The notes under the pieces were generated by a model that was given only the letters and a program-made list of their open reading frames with translations, did not search any database and had not been told where the DNA came from. Below are positions 24,642 through 36,961 of a DNA stretch of 64,000 nt, one piece after another (position 1 is the first letter of the stretch; every line of letters starts with the position of its first letter). The stretch covers positions 1,972,578 through 2,036,577 of the forward strand of contig CP136572.1 of NCBI GenBank assembly GCA_035193785.1, read 5' to 3'. This stretch comes from Planktothrix sp. GU0601_MAG3 (GTDB lineage Bacteria > Cyanobacteriota > Cyanobacteriia > Cyanobacteriales > Microcoleaceae). A program made the translations under genes and the position numbers.

Positions 24642-24842
24642 AATTGAATGGATTTGTGAAATATAGCTTTACATATCTTAATATTAGCGTTTTTATATGG
24701 TTTTTGCTGAACTAGAAACTCAGTTTTTCAGGATTGATAATTTATTCTTGGATGAATCTCGTTAATGATTTTAATATTCTGATTATTTTAATTTGATACA
24801 ATAAAACCGGAAAAATCACTAAAGTTCAAAAAACTTTCAGAT

Positions 24843-25730
24843 ATGATGTGGGATCAAATTGCTGAACAAATTAGTCAAGCTACGGGAGAACCGTTTCAAA
24901 TCCGCGATCGCCATGCCGTCAGTGGAGGGTGTATCAATCAAGGATATAAGATTAGTCAAGGTTCCCGTAACTATTTTATTAAACTGAATCAAATAAGTCA
25001 AGTGGGAATGTTTGAAGCCGAGGCTTTAGGAGTTGAGCAAATTTGGAAAACCCAGACAATTAGAGTTCCTCAAGTCATTTGTTGGGGAGGGTCGGGAAAT
25101 TCCGCTTATTTAGTCTTAGAATGGCTGAATTTAGCGGGAAAAAATGAGCCTTCAGCCTGGGAAGAAATGGGAAAAAACTTAGCGTTACTGCATCGCTGGA
25201 CACCCGCACAAAATTATCCTGGGTATGAAAAATTTGGCTGGGAAATTAATAATACAATTGGTTCTACACCTCAAATTAATACCTGGACAAATAATTGGAT
25301 TGAATTTTGGCAAGAACATAGAATTGGCTATCAATTAAAACTGGCGAAACGGCGAGGAGTATATTTTGACCAGGAAGAAAAATTACTCCAAAAAATCCCA
25401 GATTTATTCGCTGATTATACTCCTAAACCTTCCTTAGTTCATGGAGATTTATGGGGAGGAAATGCAGCGATTTCTTCAGCAGGAGAACCTGTAATTTTCG
25501 ATCCGGCTAGTTATTTTGGAGATCGAGAAGTTGATTTAGCCATGACTGAATTATTTGGCGGGTTTCCCCCCCGTTTTTATCAAGGTTACCAGACGATTTT
25601 TCCGATAAATTCCGGTTATGCGCGTCGTAAAATGATTTATAATCTTTACCATATCCTAAATCATTTTAACTTATTTGGGGGGAGCTATGGTAGACAAGCT
25701 AATCAGATGATTGAAGAAATTTTGTGCTAA
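24843..25730 (+). CDS. Fructosamine kinase family protein
   Basis: GGCIN, FEAEALG, LVHGDLWGGN, FDPA, DLAMTELFGGF. Confidence 0.92.
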   Translation: MMWDQIAEQISQATGEPFQIRDRHAVSGGCINQGYKISQGSRNYFIKLNQISQVGMFEAEALGVEQIWKTQTIRVPQVICWGGSGNSAYLVLEWLNLAGKNEPSAWEEMGKNLALLHRWTPAQNYPGYEKFGWEINNTIGSTPQINTWTNNWIEFWQEHRIGYQLKLAKRRGVYFDQEEKLLQKIPDLFADYTPKPSLVHGDLWGGNAAISSAGEPVIFDPASYFGDREVDLAMTELFGGFPPRFYQGYQTIFPINSGYARRKMIYNLYHILNHFNLFGGSYGRQANQMIEEILC

Positions 25731-25781
25731 ACTTTAACTCAACCGACACTGACCACCTATCTTCTCTTGTATTTATAGTCT

Positions 25782-27590
25782 TTGCTGATGAATGACGCTC
25801 AACTAGATCACCTACTCACCAATATTTTGATTGTTGATGATACACCCGATAATTTATATCTCTTGTCAACAATGTTGAAAGAACGAGGGTATAATGTTCG
25901 CTGTGTTATTAATGGTTCGGCTGCAATTATGGGGGCAATTGCTGACCCACCAGATCTAATTTTATTAGATATTCGGATGCCCCAAATGAGCGGTTATGAA
26001 GTTTGCAAACAGTTAAAATCTTCCGAACGCACCCGGGATATTCCTGTGATTTTTTTAAGTGCATTAAATGAAGTTTTTGATAAAATTCAAGCCTTTGAAG
26101 TAGGCGGTTTGGACTATATTACTAAACCTTTTGAAATTCGAGAAGTTTTAGCTAGAATCAAAAATCAACTAAATTTACAAGCGGCAAAATTACAAATTCA
26201 AAAATTAAATACAGAACTGGAACAACGGGTCAAAGAACGAACGAAGGAACTAGAAGGAGCCAATTTACGATTGTTACACATGGCATCCCATGACGCACTT
26301 ACGGGTTTACCAAATCGAGTGTTTTTCATGGAACGATTGATGGCAGTTTTAGCCTATACCCACACCTATTCTAGCTCTAAGTTTGCAGTATTATTTCTCG
26401 ATTGTGATGATTTTAAAGTCGTTAATGATTCTTTGGGACATTTAGCTGGAGACCAACTTTTAAAGGCGGTGGCGAGAAGATTAAGTAATTGTATTAATCC
26501 TAATTATACCTTGGCTAGATTTGAAGGGGATGAATTTACTGTCCTTTTAGAAAAGATTGAATCCGTTGATGAAGCCACCCAATTAGCAGAAACAATTCAA
26601 CGGGCTTTAAGTAAATCTTTTCTACTCCATGAACATGAAGTTTTTATTAATACCAGTATTGGGATTGTTTTGGGAAATTACGAATACGAACAGCCGGAAT
26701 ATTTGCTCAGGGATGCAGATACGGCAATGTATCAAGCTAAAACTTTAGGAAAAGCCCGTTATCAGGTGTTCAATCGAGAGATGCACACCCGCGCCCTCAA
26801 TCGTTTACAGTTAGAAAATGACCTCCGCCGTGCCGTTGAACGTCAAGAATTCATTGTTTATTATCAACCAATTATTTGTTTATCAACGGGAAGAATTAGT
26901 AGTTTTGAAGCCTTAGTTCGTTGGAGACATCCCCAACGGGGCTTAATTTCACCCAATGATTTTATTCCCGTTGCTGAAGCCACTGGTTTAATTGTTCCCC
27001 TAGGATTTTGGGTATTAGAACACTCCTGTCGTCAACTGAAACTATGGCAAAAACAATCGGCTGAACGGGGGGAAGTTTTTGATGTTAGTATGAGTGTTAA
27101 TTTATCTGTTAAACAGTTTTCTCAAGGTAATTTAGTTGAAAAAATTGATCAAGTTCTCGAAGGTTTAAAATTAGATAGTAAAAATTTAAAACTAGAAATT
27201 ACAGAAAGTGCTATTATGGATAATCCTGAATTAGCATCAAAGCTATTTGAACAACTCAAAAAGCGCAAAATTCAGTTGAGTTTAGATGACTTTGGAACGG
27301 GGTATTCTTCCTTGAGTTATTTACACCGATTTCCTTTAGATATCATTAAAATTGATCGTTCTTTTATTAGTAACTTAGATTCGATGGGAAAAAATTTAGA
27401 GGTGGTTCAAGCCATTCTCAATCTCGCCCATCATTTAGGAATGAGCGTGGTAGCTGAGGGTATTGAGACGCCAGAACAATTGTCCCTTCTTAGGCTTTTA
27501 GGTTGCGAATTAGCTCAGGGTTATCTATTCGCTCAACCTTTGGATGCCAAAGCCGCAGAAACCCTGCTTTTCTCCCATCCTCAATGGTAA
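25782..27590 (+). CDS. REC-GGDEF-EAL response regulator (c-di-GMP turnover)
   Basis: ILIVDD/LLDIRMP receiver; HDALTGLPNR and FEGDEF; FEALVRW, DDFGTGYSS. Confidence 0.92.
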   Translation: MLMNDAQLDHLLTNILIVDDTPDNLYLLSTMLKERGYNVRCVINGSAAIMGAIADPPDLILLDIRMPQMSGYEVCKQLKSSERTRDIPVIFLSALNEVFDKIQAFEVGGLDYITKPFEIREVLARIKNQLNLQAAKLQIQKLNTELEQRVKERTKELEGANLRLLHMASHDALTGLPNRVFFMERLMAVLAYTHTYSSSKFAVLFLDCDDFKVVNDSLGHLAGDQLLKAVARRLSNCINPNYTLARFEGDEFTVLLEKIESVDEATQLAETIQRALSKSFLLHEHEVFINTSIGIVLGNYEYEQPEYLLRDADTAMYQAKTLGKARYQVFNREMHTRALNRLQLENDLRRAVERQEFIVYYQPIICLSTGRISSFEALVRWRHPQRGLISPNDFIPVAEATGLIVPLGFWVLEHSCRQLKLWQKQSAERGEVFDVSMSVNLSVKQFSQGNLVEKIDQVLEGLKLDSKNLKLEITESAIMDNPELASKLFEQLKKRKIQLSLDDFGTGYSSLSYLHRFPLDIIKIDRSFISNLDSMGKNLEVVQAILNLAHHLGMSVVAEGIETPEQLSLLRLLGCELAQGYLFAQPLDAKAAETLLFSHPQW

Positions 27591-27687
27591 GTAGTTGCAC
27601 ATAATAAATTACCTAATTGAGAGGGGGAACAGGAAAAAGGGTAAAGGATTTGTATGCTCTATTTTTCTAAAAACTCTAAATTTTTTC

Positions 27688-27922
27688 CTAGGGTAAAGAT
27701 TGCCAAGCATGGGTGACCAATTCACTTAACCACAGTCGCTGTTCTCGATTTAGTATACTATCATCGGCTAACACTTCAGCCTTAAGATCTTCTAAAGATT
27801 GTTGACGGGAAACGTGCAATTTTTACGACTCCCGCCAACGCCGTTACAACTAACTCGTCAGTAATAGGTTGTTGTCGCAGAGCCATCATTTCTTGGGGAC
27901 TTGTGGGAATTGGATAATTCAT
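27688..27922 (-). CDS. Conserved cyanobacterial small hypothetical protein (~77 aa; one extra base; absent from the ORF track)
   Basis: Manual translation MNYPIPTSPQEMMALRQQPITDELVVTALAGVVKIAR/SRQQSLEDLKAEVLADD...WQSLP*; length 235 nt = 3n+1. Confidence 0.7.
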
Positions 27923-28276
27923 ATATTAGTAATCAGTGCAAGAGTTATCGGTTATGGGTAAACAATAAACAGTACAGAATATCGGGGTTAAACAGATGTG
28001 TTTCCCGTTATCCTAGAATTGTAATTTGTGATTTGTGCTAAAAATTTTACGGAACATTTGATTTTAGGGTAGATTCTAGCACAAAAAATTAAAACCCCAA
28101 CGGATATTCAGATAGAACAGGGAACGGAACAGGGAAATCCATGATTAAAATTGGGTTAGGGGCTTGGTGATCCTCCAGTGGTTTCTAATCCGTTAAAATC
28201 AGAGTATGCTTAAAAATATAATCTGGTTTGCGTCCCTATTGCTTTTTTTGCATCTTACTTACTTTCCTTACTATAT

Positions 28277-28783
28277 ATGCCAGTCAGGATTATATTAAGA
28301 GTTATTTTATTAAGAACTATTCGGCTTTTAATCTCTATTACTGTGGAAGCCTGGATTTTTCAAAAAAGTTTCAATATCTCCCCAAAATTGAGTGTACAAT
28401 ATGCAATGGCCCTAAATTTGTTGGCAAGTGCCTGTGAATGGATGATTGTTTTAAATGCAGAAGCAATATTACCATTGGAAACTCGAAAACAATTAATTGA
28501 TTATTTGTTGGTAGAACAGCTTGATACAACCTCCTTTGTGATTTTTTTATTGACGGTTTTTAATTTTACTTTCCTACTATTAATTAAATGGGTAGGCTTG
28601 GAAACCCTCCGATTTTTATTGATTAAAGACTACACTCAAATCAGTAAAGTATTTTCAGGAAATTCAGAAAATCAAATTAAAATATCCGAACAATACAAAG
28701 ATTTTAGAGTAATATTAATAGCACATATTTTAAGTTATTTTGTGTTCTTGGGATTGGTATTTACATTATTAATTTTCAAATAA
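28277..28783 (+). CDS. fraC: Filament integrity protein FraC-like
   Basis: ITVEAWIF...ISPKLSVQYAMALNLL..W signature, hydrophobic, first gene of a fraC-fraD-permease arrangement. Confidence 0.65.
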   Translation: MPVRIILRVILLRTIRLLISITVEAWIFQKSFNISPKLSVQYAMALNLLASACEWMIVLNAEAILPLETRKQLIDYLLVEQLDTTSFVIFLLTVFNFTFLLLIKWVGLETLRFLLIKDYTQISKVFSGNSENQIKISEQYKDFRVILIAHILSYFVFLGLVFTLLIFK

Positions 28784-28784
28784 A

Positions 28785-29360
28785 ATGAAAAAACTAATTG
28801 ATGTTTTAAATATTATCAAACCCTCTCATCCCCTAGAATGGAGAACGTTTATATTGATCAGTATTGCCATTTGGACGGGATCTGTTTTTGTATCTAATAA
28901 TGAAGATACTAGGAATTTTTTGGCACTTTTAAGTTTATTAATACTAACGATTGCTATTAGTATCCGAACCAATAAACCTCCGTTTATAATTGGGAGAATT
29001 TCCCTAAGTCCCTGGATTACTTCTGGCTTAATATGTCTAATTATATATCAAAATACAGAAATAAATCAACCTAATTTTGCCTTAAAATCTTGGCCAATCA
29101 TCGCGGCTTGTTTAATCTTTATCCTGGAATTTATTCAAGATAAATTTAAAATCCAGTCTCCCCCGCCCTTGGTTCGTATGGGGTTTATTATTATTTTCCT
29201 AATTCACATTAATATTTACTGTTGGATAGAATTTTCCTTGCGCGTGGAAAATTGGGTACAAAAGGTTCCCGATATTCTTCCTACACCGGAGACTTTGCAG
29301 CCGGATTCTGCTAAAATTAACCCAGAGTTTCAATCCTATTTATTTCTGGGAATGAAATAG
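28785..29360 (+). CDS. fraD: Septal junction protein FraD-like (DUF5357), short form
   Basis: W.TFILISI..W, LSPWIT, WPIIAA, CWIEF motifs, about 5 TM helices, position between fraC and fraE. Confidence 0.6.
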   Translation: MKKLIDVLNIIKPSHPLEWRTFILISIAIWTGSVFVSNNEDTRNFLALLSLLILTIAISIRTNKPPFIIGRISLSPWITSGLICLIIYQNTEINQPNFALKSWPIIAACLIFILEFIQDKFKIQSPPPLVRMGFIIIFLIHINIYCWIEFSLRVENWVQKVPDILPTPETLQPDSAKINPEFQSYLFLGMK

Positions 29361-29420
29361 GAATAGGGATATTGCTTATTTTATGTCAAACCTTATAACA
29401 ATAATAATTGGGAAATCAAT

Positions 29421-30195
29421 ATGAATTTCAACCGAATTTTTACCATTGCCAGTAACGTTTTTTTAGAAGTAGTTCGCGACCGCATTCTTTATATTATTGG
29501 TCTTTTCGCCTTATTTTTGATAGGTTCCATTCGTTTACTTCCTGAAGTTTCCGCCGGGTTAGAAAACAAAATAATCCTAGATTTTGGCATCGCCATGATT
29601 AGTTTATTTGGCCTACTAATTACAGTTTTTGTGAGTGCTAATTTGCTTAACAAAGAAATTGATAAAAAAACGGTTTATCTCCTGGTTTCTAAACCCGTCA
29701 GTCCGGCGGAATTAATTATCGGAAAACACTTTGGTATCTCGGCTTTTATTGCAGTTTTAATCTTGGTGATGACCCTGCTATTTTTTGGAATTCTTAGTTT
29801 CAATAAAATTTCCTACCCCTCCACCCCTCTCGGTATTGCTTTTATATTTATGTGGCTACAACTCTCTTTAGTGGCGGCGGTTGGTATTTTATTAGGAGTC
29901 TTTACCAGTTTCCCTACTCGCAAGTTTATTAACCCTGGGAGTTTATGCAATGGGAAGTTTAAGTCGTGACTTACTCGCCCTAGGAAAAATTAGCGAAAAC
30001 CCCGCCTTAGAACAAATGATGAAAGCCACCTACATGATCTTACCCGATTTAGCGAGATTGGATTTAAAAAATGAAGCCGTTTATGGTTACTTACCCCCAT
30101 CTTCAGTGTTAACGACTAATGGAATTTATGCTATCCTTTATATGGTTCTTCTATTATCCCTGTCCATTACGATTTTTTGGCAGAGAGAATTTTAG
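29421..30195 (+). CDS. fraE: ABC-2-type permease FraE-like (frameshift near 29910)
   Basis: IASNVFLEVVRDRILY, NKEIDKKTVYLLVSKP, LPDLARLDLKNEAVYG, F.QREF. Confidence 0.7.
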
Positions 30196-30226
30196 TTAAA
30201 TTAGAGAATTAGGTTTAATTTCAACC

Positions 30227-31051
30227 ATGATAGCCCGAGAAAAACTACAACAACTTCAAGCCCTATTTCAAGAAATGGAACGGGCATTAATCGCTTATTC
30301 TGGAGGAATAGATAGCACTTTGGTGGCTAAAATTGCTTATGATGTATTAGGAGAACAATCTTTAGCCGTAACCGCCGTTTCTCCCTCCCTATTACCCGAA
30401 GACTTAGAAGATGCTCGCATTCAAGCCGCCGAAATTGGGATTCAACACCAAGAAATTCAAACCCAAGAAATGGCTAATTCTAATTATACATCAAACCCAA
30501 TTAATCGTTGCTATTTTTGCAAAAGTGAACTCCATGATAGCCTCAAACCCCTGGCTCAAAGCTGGGGTTATCCCTATATTGTTGATGGCGTGAATAGTGA
30601 TGATTTACGCGACTATCGCCCAGGAATTCAAGCGGCAAAAGAACGAGGAGTTCGTTCACCTTTAGCGGAATTAGGGATTAGCAAAACTGAAGTCAGAGAA
30701 ATTTCTAAATATCTCGGTTTAAAAGCTTGGGATAAACCCGCTCAACCCTGTTTAAGCTCCAGGTTTCCCTATGGAGAAGAAATTACAATTTCTAAATTAC
30801 AACGGGTGGGTAGAGCGGAAGTATATTTGAGAAAATTAGGCTGGAAAAATCTGCGAGTTCGTTCCGAGGGAGATACCGCCCGCATCGAATTATCCCCAGA
30901 GGAAATTAAAGACTTTGTATTGATGATTGAACTTCCCAAATTAGTACAATCTTTCCAAGAATTTGGGTTTATTTATGTTACTTTAGACTTGGAGGGATAT
31001 CGAAGCGGAAAACTCAATCAAGTCTTGCCTTCAGAATTAATTAGTACCTAA
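30227..31051 (+). CDS. larE: ATP-dependent sacrificial sulfur transferase LarE family
   Basis: PP-loop AYSGGIDS, NRCYFCK, DYRPG, PCLSSRFPYG, GYRSG. Confidence 0.88.
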   Translation: MIAREKLQQLQALFQEMERALIAYSGGIDSTLVAKIAYDVLGEQSLAVTAVSPSLLPEDLEDARIQAAEIGIQHQEIQTQEMANSNYTSNPINRCYFCKSELHDSLKPLAQSWGYPYIVDGVNSDDLRDYRPGIQAAKERGVRSPLAELGISKTEVREISKYLGLKAWDKPAQPCLSSRFPYGEEITISKLQRVGRAEVYLRKLGWKNLRVRSEGDTARIELSPEEIKDFVLMIELPKLVQSFQEFGFIYVTLDLEGYRSGKLNQVLPSELIST

Positions 31052-31174
31052 ATACCCTCTACTTTTGTGAACCATAAACCCCAATTATTAACCCGATAAA
31101 AGAGGTAAAATGATAGAGCATTGTGTGATTCAGATTGTCAAATCTCCATTCATTGGAGATTAGGAGTGAAAAAT

Positions 31175-32690
31175 ATGGATATGGCCAATAGTTTCAACAA
31201 AAACATCGGAGATAAAAAGCATTTATTGAGTCAATTTAAACTCAGAACTCAGATGCTTTTTGGTTATGCAATTCCCGTTTTTATGTTTGCGGGTTCTACC
31301 TATATTGTTTATAGTAATGCCAATAAGGTATTTGAGGCATTTAATCAGGTAGAAAATGTCCAAAAAAGTATTATTGAAGTGGATAAAATGGCATTAGCGG
31401 GGAGTAATATGGTCGCCAATAGTCGGGGTTATATTATTTCTGAAGAATCGCAATTTTTAGAGTTATATCAACAAAGTTGGCAGAGTTTCCAGGAAGCTAG
31501 TAATACTCTGGATAATACGATTACTGTTCTCGAACAAAGACAACGATTTGAACAAATGAAAGAAATTGCAAAAAACTATAATCAATATCAAAATCAGTTA
31601 GCTAGTTTGTTGGGACAGGGAAAGAGAAAAGAAGCTTTAGAGCTTTTTAAAACTGGTATAGGTAGTAAACTTCTTTTAGATTTTTTAACCCTTAATTCTG
31701 ACTTTAACAAGACAGAAATCACAAGACTGAATACAGAAAATCTTCAAGCTAGAAACACGCTACAAAATGCAATAAACTTATTGGTTTTGGGTTCCATTGT
31801 TTCCGCGTTAACCGCTTTTATTATTGCTTGGTTAATTTCTTCCTTAGTGAGCCGTAAAATTACTCAAGCCATTGATGCCATTGATAATTCTTCCTTAGAA
31901 ATTAATATTGCCGTTGACCAACAGGAAAAAATCACCAGCAGTCAAGCGAGTTCGGTGAATGAAACGACTCGCACGATGGATGAATTAGAATTTTCGGCAA
32001 CACAAGCCAGTGAAACAGGCGGAAACTTCAACATCAGGAGCCAGACAGGTTTTAAGCCTAGCAGAAAATGGTAATGAATTAGTTAAGCAAACTTTGCTAG
32101 AAATGAACCAAATGAAAGAAAAAGTTGAGGCTATCGCGGAACAAATTTTACGCCTGAGTGAACAAACTAATCAAATTGGGAATATCTCCCAATTAGTAGG
32201 TGATTTAGCCAACCAAACCAATATGTTAGCACTCAATGCCGCCGTGGAAGCCGTCCGAGCCGGAGAATATGGAAAAGGGTTTTCGGTCGTGGCTTCAGAA
32301 ATTAGAAAATTAGCCGATGAAAGTCAAAAATCCGCCCATCAAATTAATAATTTAGTAATGGGAATTAAACAATCTAATAATTCGACCGGAGTAGTCACCG
32401 AAGCTGGAATTAAAAGTGTGGTAAATACCCTGGATTTAGCCCAAAAAACCGCTTCTGCTTTTAACGATATGTCCATAGAACTGAGTAATATTGTTCAGAG
32501 TTCTCAGCAAATTTCATTAAATTCTAAACAGCAAGCCGTAGCAATTCAACAGGTCGTTGTGGCGATGAATAATCTTAATAAAAATGCTCGGGATAGTAGT
32601 CTGGGTATGGGTCAAATTAAGCTCGGAATTCAAAAACTCAGTGATGCTGCTTTTGATTTAAAAGATATTGTCCAAGAAACATCAAAATAA
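31175..32690 (+). CDS. Methyl-accepting chemotaxis protein with CHASE3-like sensor (frameshift near 32010)
   Basis: Two TM helices, RGYII periplasmic motif, [34 protein letters not shown]. Confidence 0.9.
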
Positions 32691-32836
32691 TCAGTCATCA
32701 GTTATCAGTTATCATTTATCAGTCATCAGTTATCAGTTAAAGAGTTAAAAATAAGTCACAGTTTTTTCAATTCGTAAAAATCTTAGCAGCCTGTTCTTTA
32801 TTCCCTATTCCCTATTCCCTGTTCCCTATTCCCTTC
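32690..32836. repeat. STRR heptamer tracts (cagttat-type and ttcccta-type)
   Basis: atcagtc/atcagtt runs at 32690-32740; ttccctattccctattccctgttcccta at 32801-32833. Confidence 0.8.
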
Positions 32837-32850
32837 CATAACCAAAAAAT

Positions 32851-34558
32851 ATGATTATTAAAGAAACAACTTCTCTAATTACCCGGGATGGAATTAGACT
32901 GGATGCGGATATTTATCGACCTGATACGGAGGAAAAATTACCCGTTTTATTAATGCGACAACCCTATGGGAAAGCGATCGCTTCTACCGTTGTTTATGCC
33001 CATCCAAAATGGTATGCTAAACAGGGGTATATTGTAGTAATTCAAGATGTGAGAGGTCGGGGAACCTCGGAGGGCGAATTTAAACTTTTTACTAATGAAA
33101 TAGAGGACGGGTTAGATACTATTAATTGGGTTGCTAATCTTCCCAATAGTAACGGTCAGGTGGGAATGTATGGATTTTCCTATCAAGGATTAACTCAAGT
33201 TTATGCTGCTTCCGGTCGCCCAAAAGCATTAAAAACTATTTGTCCGGCGATGATGAGTCATAATTTATATGGGGATTGGGCCTATGAAGGGGGGGCTTTT
33301 TGTTTATATGCTAACTTAGGATGGGCGATTCAAATTTCCGCCGAAACAGCCCGATTAAAAGGGGATAAAATAGCCTATAATTCTCTGTATCAAGCCTCTC
33401 GAAATTTACCCTTTTTTGATTCTATTCCTGCTAGTCCAGATGTGTTGAAAATCTACGATTCAGATTCATTTTATCACGAATGGTTAGCCCATGATAAACC
33501 CGATGAATATTGGCAAAATCTATCTCCTAAATTAGATGATTTAGACTTACCAATGCTGCATATTGGGGGATGGTTTGATACCTATTTAAGAGGAAACAAT
33601 TAATTTTTATCAAGAAATGGTCAAGCGTAGTTGCTCCCCCCAATATTTAATTGTTGGCCCCTGGGCGCATCTTCCCTGGGGGAGAAAGGTTGGGTCTGTG
33701 AATTATGGGTTGACCGCATCTAGCTTTATTGATAGCCTCCAAATTCAATGGTTTGATACCTTTTTAAAAGGCAAAGAAAATACAATTTTTAATCAAAATC
33801 AGGTTTGTTTGTTTGAGATGGGAAGTCAAGAATGGCGGCAATTTAAACAATGGCCTTCATCGCCCTCCCAGATTTATTATTTATCAACTAATGGGTTGGC
33901 AAATTTGCGAGAAGATGGGGGAATTTTGACGCCAATTTGTCCTGACAATTCCCAAGAAGATGTCTTTGTTAATGACCCTTGGCGTCCGGTTCCCGCCCTC
34001 GGAGGTCACGCCATGTATCCCACGGGTTCCTTTGACCGTTCTACCTTAGATTGTCGCAGTGATATTGTTACTTATACCTCGGAACCCTTGAGTCAAGATT
34101 TACATTTAGTGGGGGATTTAGCAGTAGAAATTTATTGTACAGCAGACAAACCGACCTTTGATTTATCTGCGGTTTTATCAGAAGTTAAACCCGATGGAAC
34201 TGTCTATAATTTTAGTCAAGGGTATCAACGATTTACTTCTGTTAAATCTAACACAAATAATGATTTTAGTCAAGATAAAAATATAAATTATTATCAAATT
34301 AAATTGCAGCCTACTTGTATTAAAATTCCTCAAAACCATTGTTTACGTTTAAGTATTAGTGGGGCTTGTTTTCCAGCTTATCCTGTTAACTCAGGAACGG
34401 AAAAACCCCTCAATCAAACCCATTTAATGGAGCAGGAAATTATCACGTTAACGATTCATTCTGGGGGTAATTTCCCCTCAAAAATTATACAGGGAACAGG
34501 GAACAGGCTGCGTCGTGAGCCTGTCGAACGAGAACAGGGAATAGGGAATAGGGAATAG
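32851..34558 (+). CDS. CocE/NonD family hydrolase (frameshift near 33595)
   Basis: RDGIRLDADIYRP, QDVRGRG, GFSYQG nucleophile elbow, GGWFD, GPWAH. Confidence 0.9.
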
Positions 34559-34661
34559 AGAATAGAGAATAGGCTGCGTCGTGAGCCTGTAGAACGAGAA
34601 CCGGGAACCGGATTATCAAATCTTCCCTTACAAGGTTAATCTTAAAGTTCCAATTTTCCCA

Positions 34662-36928
34662 TTACGAAGGGGGGTTAGGGGGGTCAACTTTTAACAGCTT
34701 AATATTTTGATAAAGTTGATTCAGATATTTTTCAACCTCTGGAGGTTTAGCCGTAAACTCCACATAAAAAGCTCCCGGGTTCGCCGATTTTTCTAGGACT
34801 TTTGCATAAATATCATCACTCCATTGTTCTGATTCTAATTTAATATTAAGTTTTAAATTAGCCAACGCCCCAGGAATAATATTATTATTCGCCTCCATAA
34901 CAATTAAACCTCTTTTTTCCGATAATTCCACCAAATTCCCCATTAAAATACTATCGCTGATATGTTTTCCTTCTAAAATAAAATATTGTAATAAAATGGG
35001 AGTAGGCATCGGATAAAAATGCTGTTCCTGTTTAGAAATAAACAGATTATAGCTTCCGGCAATTCCCCCCACTTCATAAATAGTAATCGGCTTTTTAACT
35101 CCCTTGGGTTGAACTAATTTTTGATTTTCAATCTTAATTAAATTCCGACCCGCTTGATTTAAGGTCATTTCAGAAACCAAGATTTGTCCAGCCGTTGTAT
35201 AGGATTCAATCCGATAGGTTAAATTAACTTGACTTCCTACAACCCCATATTTTGTGCGTTTTTCTGAACCAATATTTCCCACCACAACTTCCCCCGTATT
35301 AATCCCAATTCCCATGTCTAAAGGAGATAAATTCCACGTTTGTAATTGTTTCATTCACCTTCTCCATGGCTAATTGCATAGCTACCGCACAAGCAATCGC
35401 CCTTTGAGCATCATCTTCTCGCAAGGTAGGAGCACCAAATAAGACTAAAATTCCATCCCCCATAAACTCATCAATAGTTCCTTGATAGAGAGTAATTACA
35501 TCAGCCATGCAGGATAAATAAAAGTTTAAAATTTTAACCACTTCTTCCGGTTGTAAACGTTCTGAAAGGGCTGTAAATCCGCGTAAATCCGAGGTTAAAA
35601 TGGTGATTTTTCGGCGTTCTCCCCCCAGTTTTAAACCTTCGGGTTTTTCTAATAAATTAGAAACAATTTCAGCACTCAAATAACGTCCAAAAATATTCCT
35701 AATATCCGAAGCCGAACGGGCAATATAAGCAGTAATGGCAATGGCCGAACCCGCCAAAGCTAAAAAGGGAGGAACCACCGGAATCCACCATCCTTGGATA
35801 AAGAAAAGATAGGTACTTCCCAGTAAAATTCCCGTCGCTAAGATGAAAATTGAAAACTGTCGAATAATTAATAATCGGACTGTAGCCGATGCTCTAAATT
35901 TCCAGGTTAAAATTGCTCCGGTTCCCGACCAAATAAATATCCAAATCCATTCTAAAGTATCGGGTAACGTCTTAATTAACGGACGACTATCTAAGGCCGC
36001 ACTAATAATTTGACTGGCAATATGAGCATGAACTTCTACCCCCGCCATCCGTTGATTAGCTGATAATGTATAGGGAGTAGACATTAAATCTTTGAAACTT
36101 TCCCCGACGGAACCGATTAAAATAATTCGATTTTCCCCCCAATCTTTAGGGAGTTTATCGGTTAAAATATCCCGAAAAGAAACAATCTCAAAACTGCGAT
36201 TATATCCCCGATAATTTAAAAATATTTGATATCCTCCAGCATCAGCCCGCACATAGCCGCCATCATTTTTAGTCAAGGGTTGAAAAATAGTGTCTTTGAA
36301 TTTCCACCAATTATTAGTTTCTGGAACAATTTCCGGTGAAATCCCTTGAGCGTCCAAATAAAACATGGCTAAAAATAAACCCAAACTGTAAATTGGTTGT
36401 TTTTGATCATTTTTAACCACTAATAACGCCCGTCGAATAATATTATCTTCATCTAAAATTAAATCATTGGCTGCTACTCGATTTTTTTCTTTTAAAATTG
36501 GAGGGGCGGCAACGGATTCTAAGGATTTATCCCCTACAACTTTTTCAATTCCCAGTAAATTAGGAGTTTCTGCCAAGATTTTAATTAACTGTTCGTGACC
36601 GGGTTCAAAGGGTAAATCTCGATAAATGTCTAAGCCAATAACCGTAGGTTTCATGGCGACCAATTTCTCGATTAATTGAGCATAAATTTGGTCAGGGACA
36701 TAACCTTGACCAATATATTTCATATCGGCTTCATCTAACCCTACAATTGCAATCCTTTTATCCCTAGGTTTCCGGGGGACGTAGACGCATATATTGGTCA
36801 TAAACTGCCCATTCCCAGGACTGTAAAATCCCAGAAAAACGCAGTAGAATTACTAAACCTGCCATGACTGGGGTTGTAATCCAAACACCACGCCACTCCC
36901 ACACTAATTGTCTGGTTTTTGCCCTCAT
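34662..36928 (-). CDS. CHASE2-domain adenylate/guanylate cyclase (two frameshifts, near 36780 and 35350)
   Basis: [14 protein letters not shown] start, [42 protein letters not shown]. Confidence 0.9.
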
Positions 36929-36961
36929 AGAGCCTATTTTTAGAATATATGCTTTACCTTA

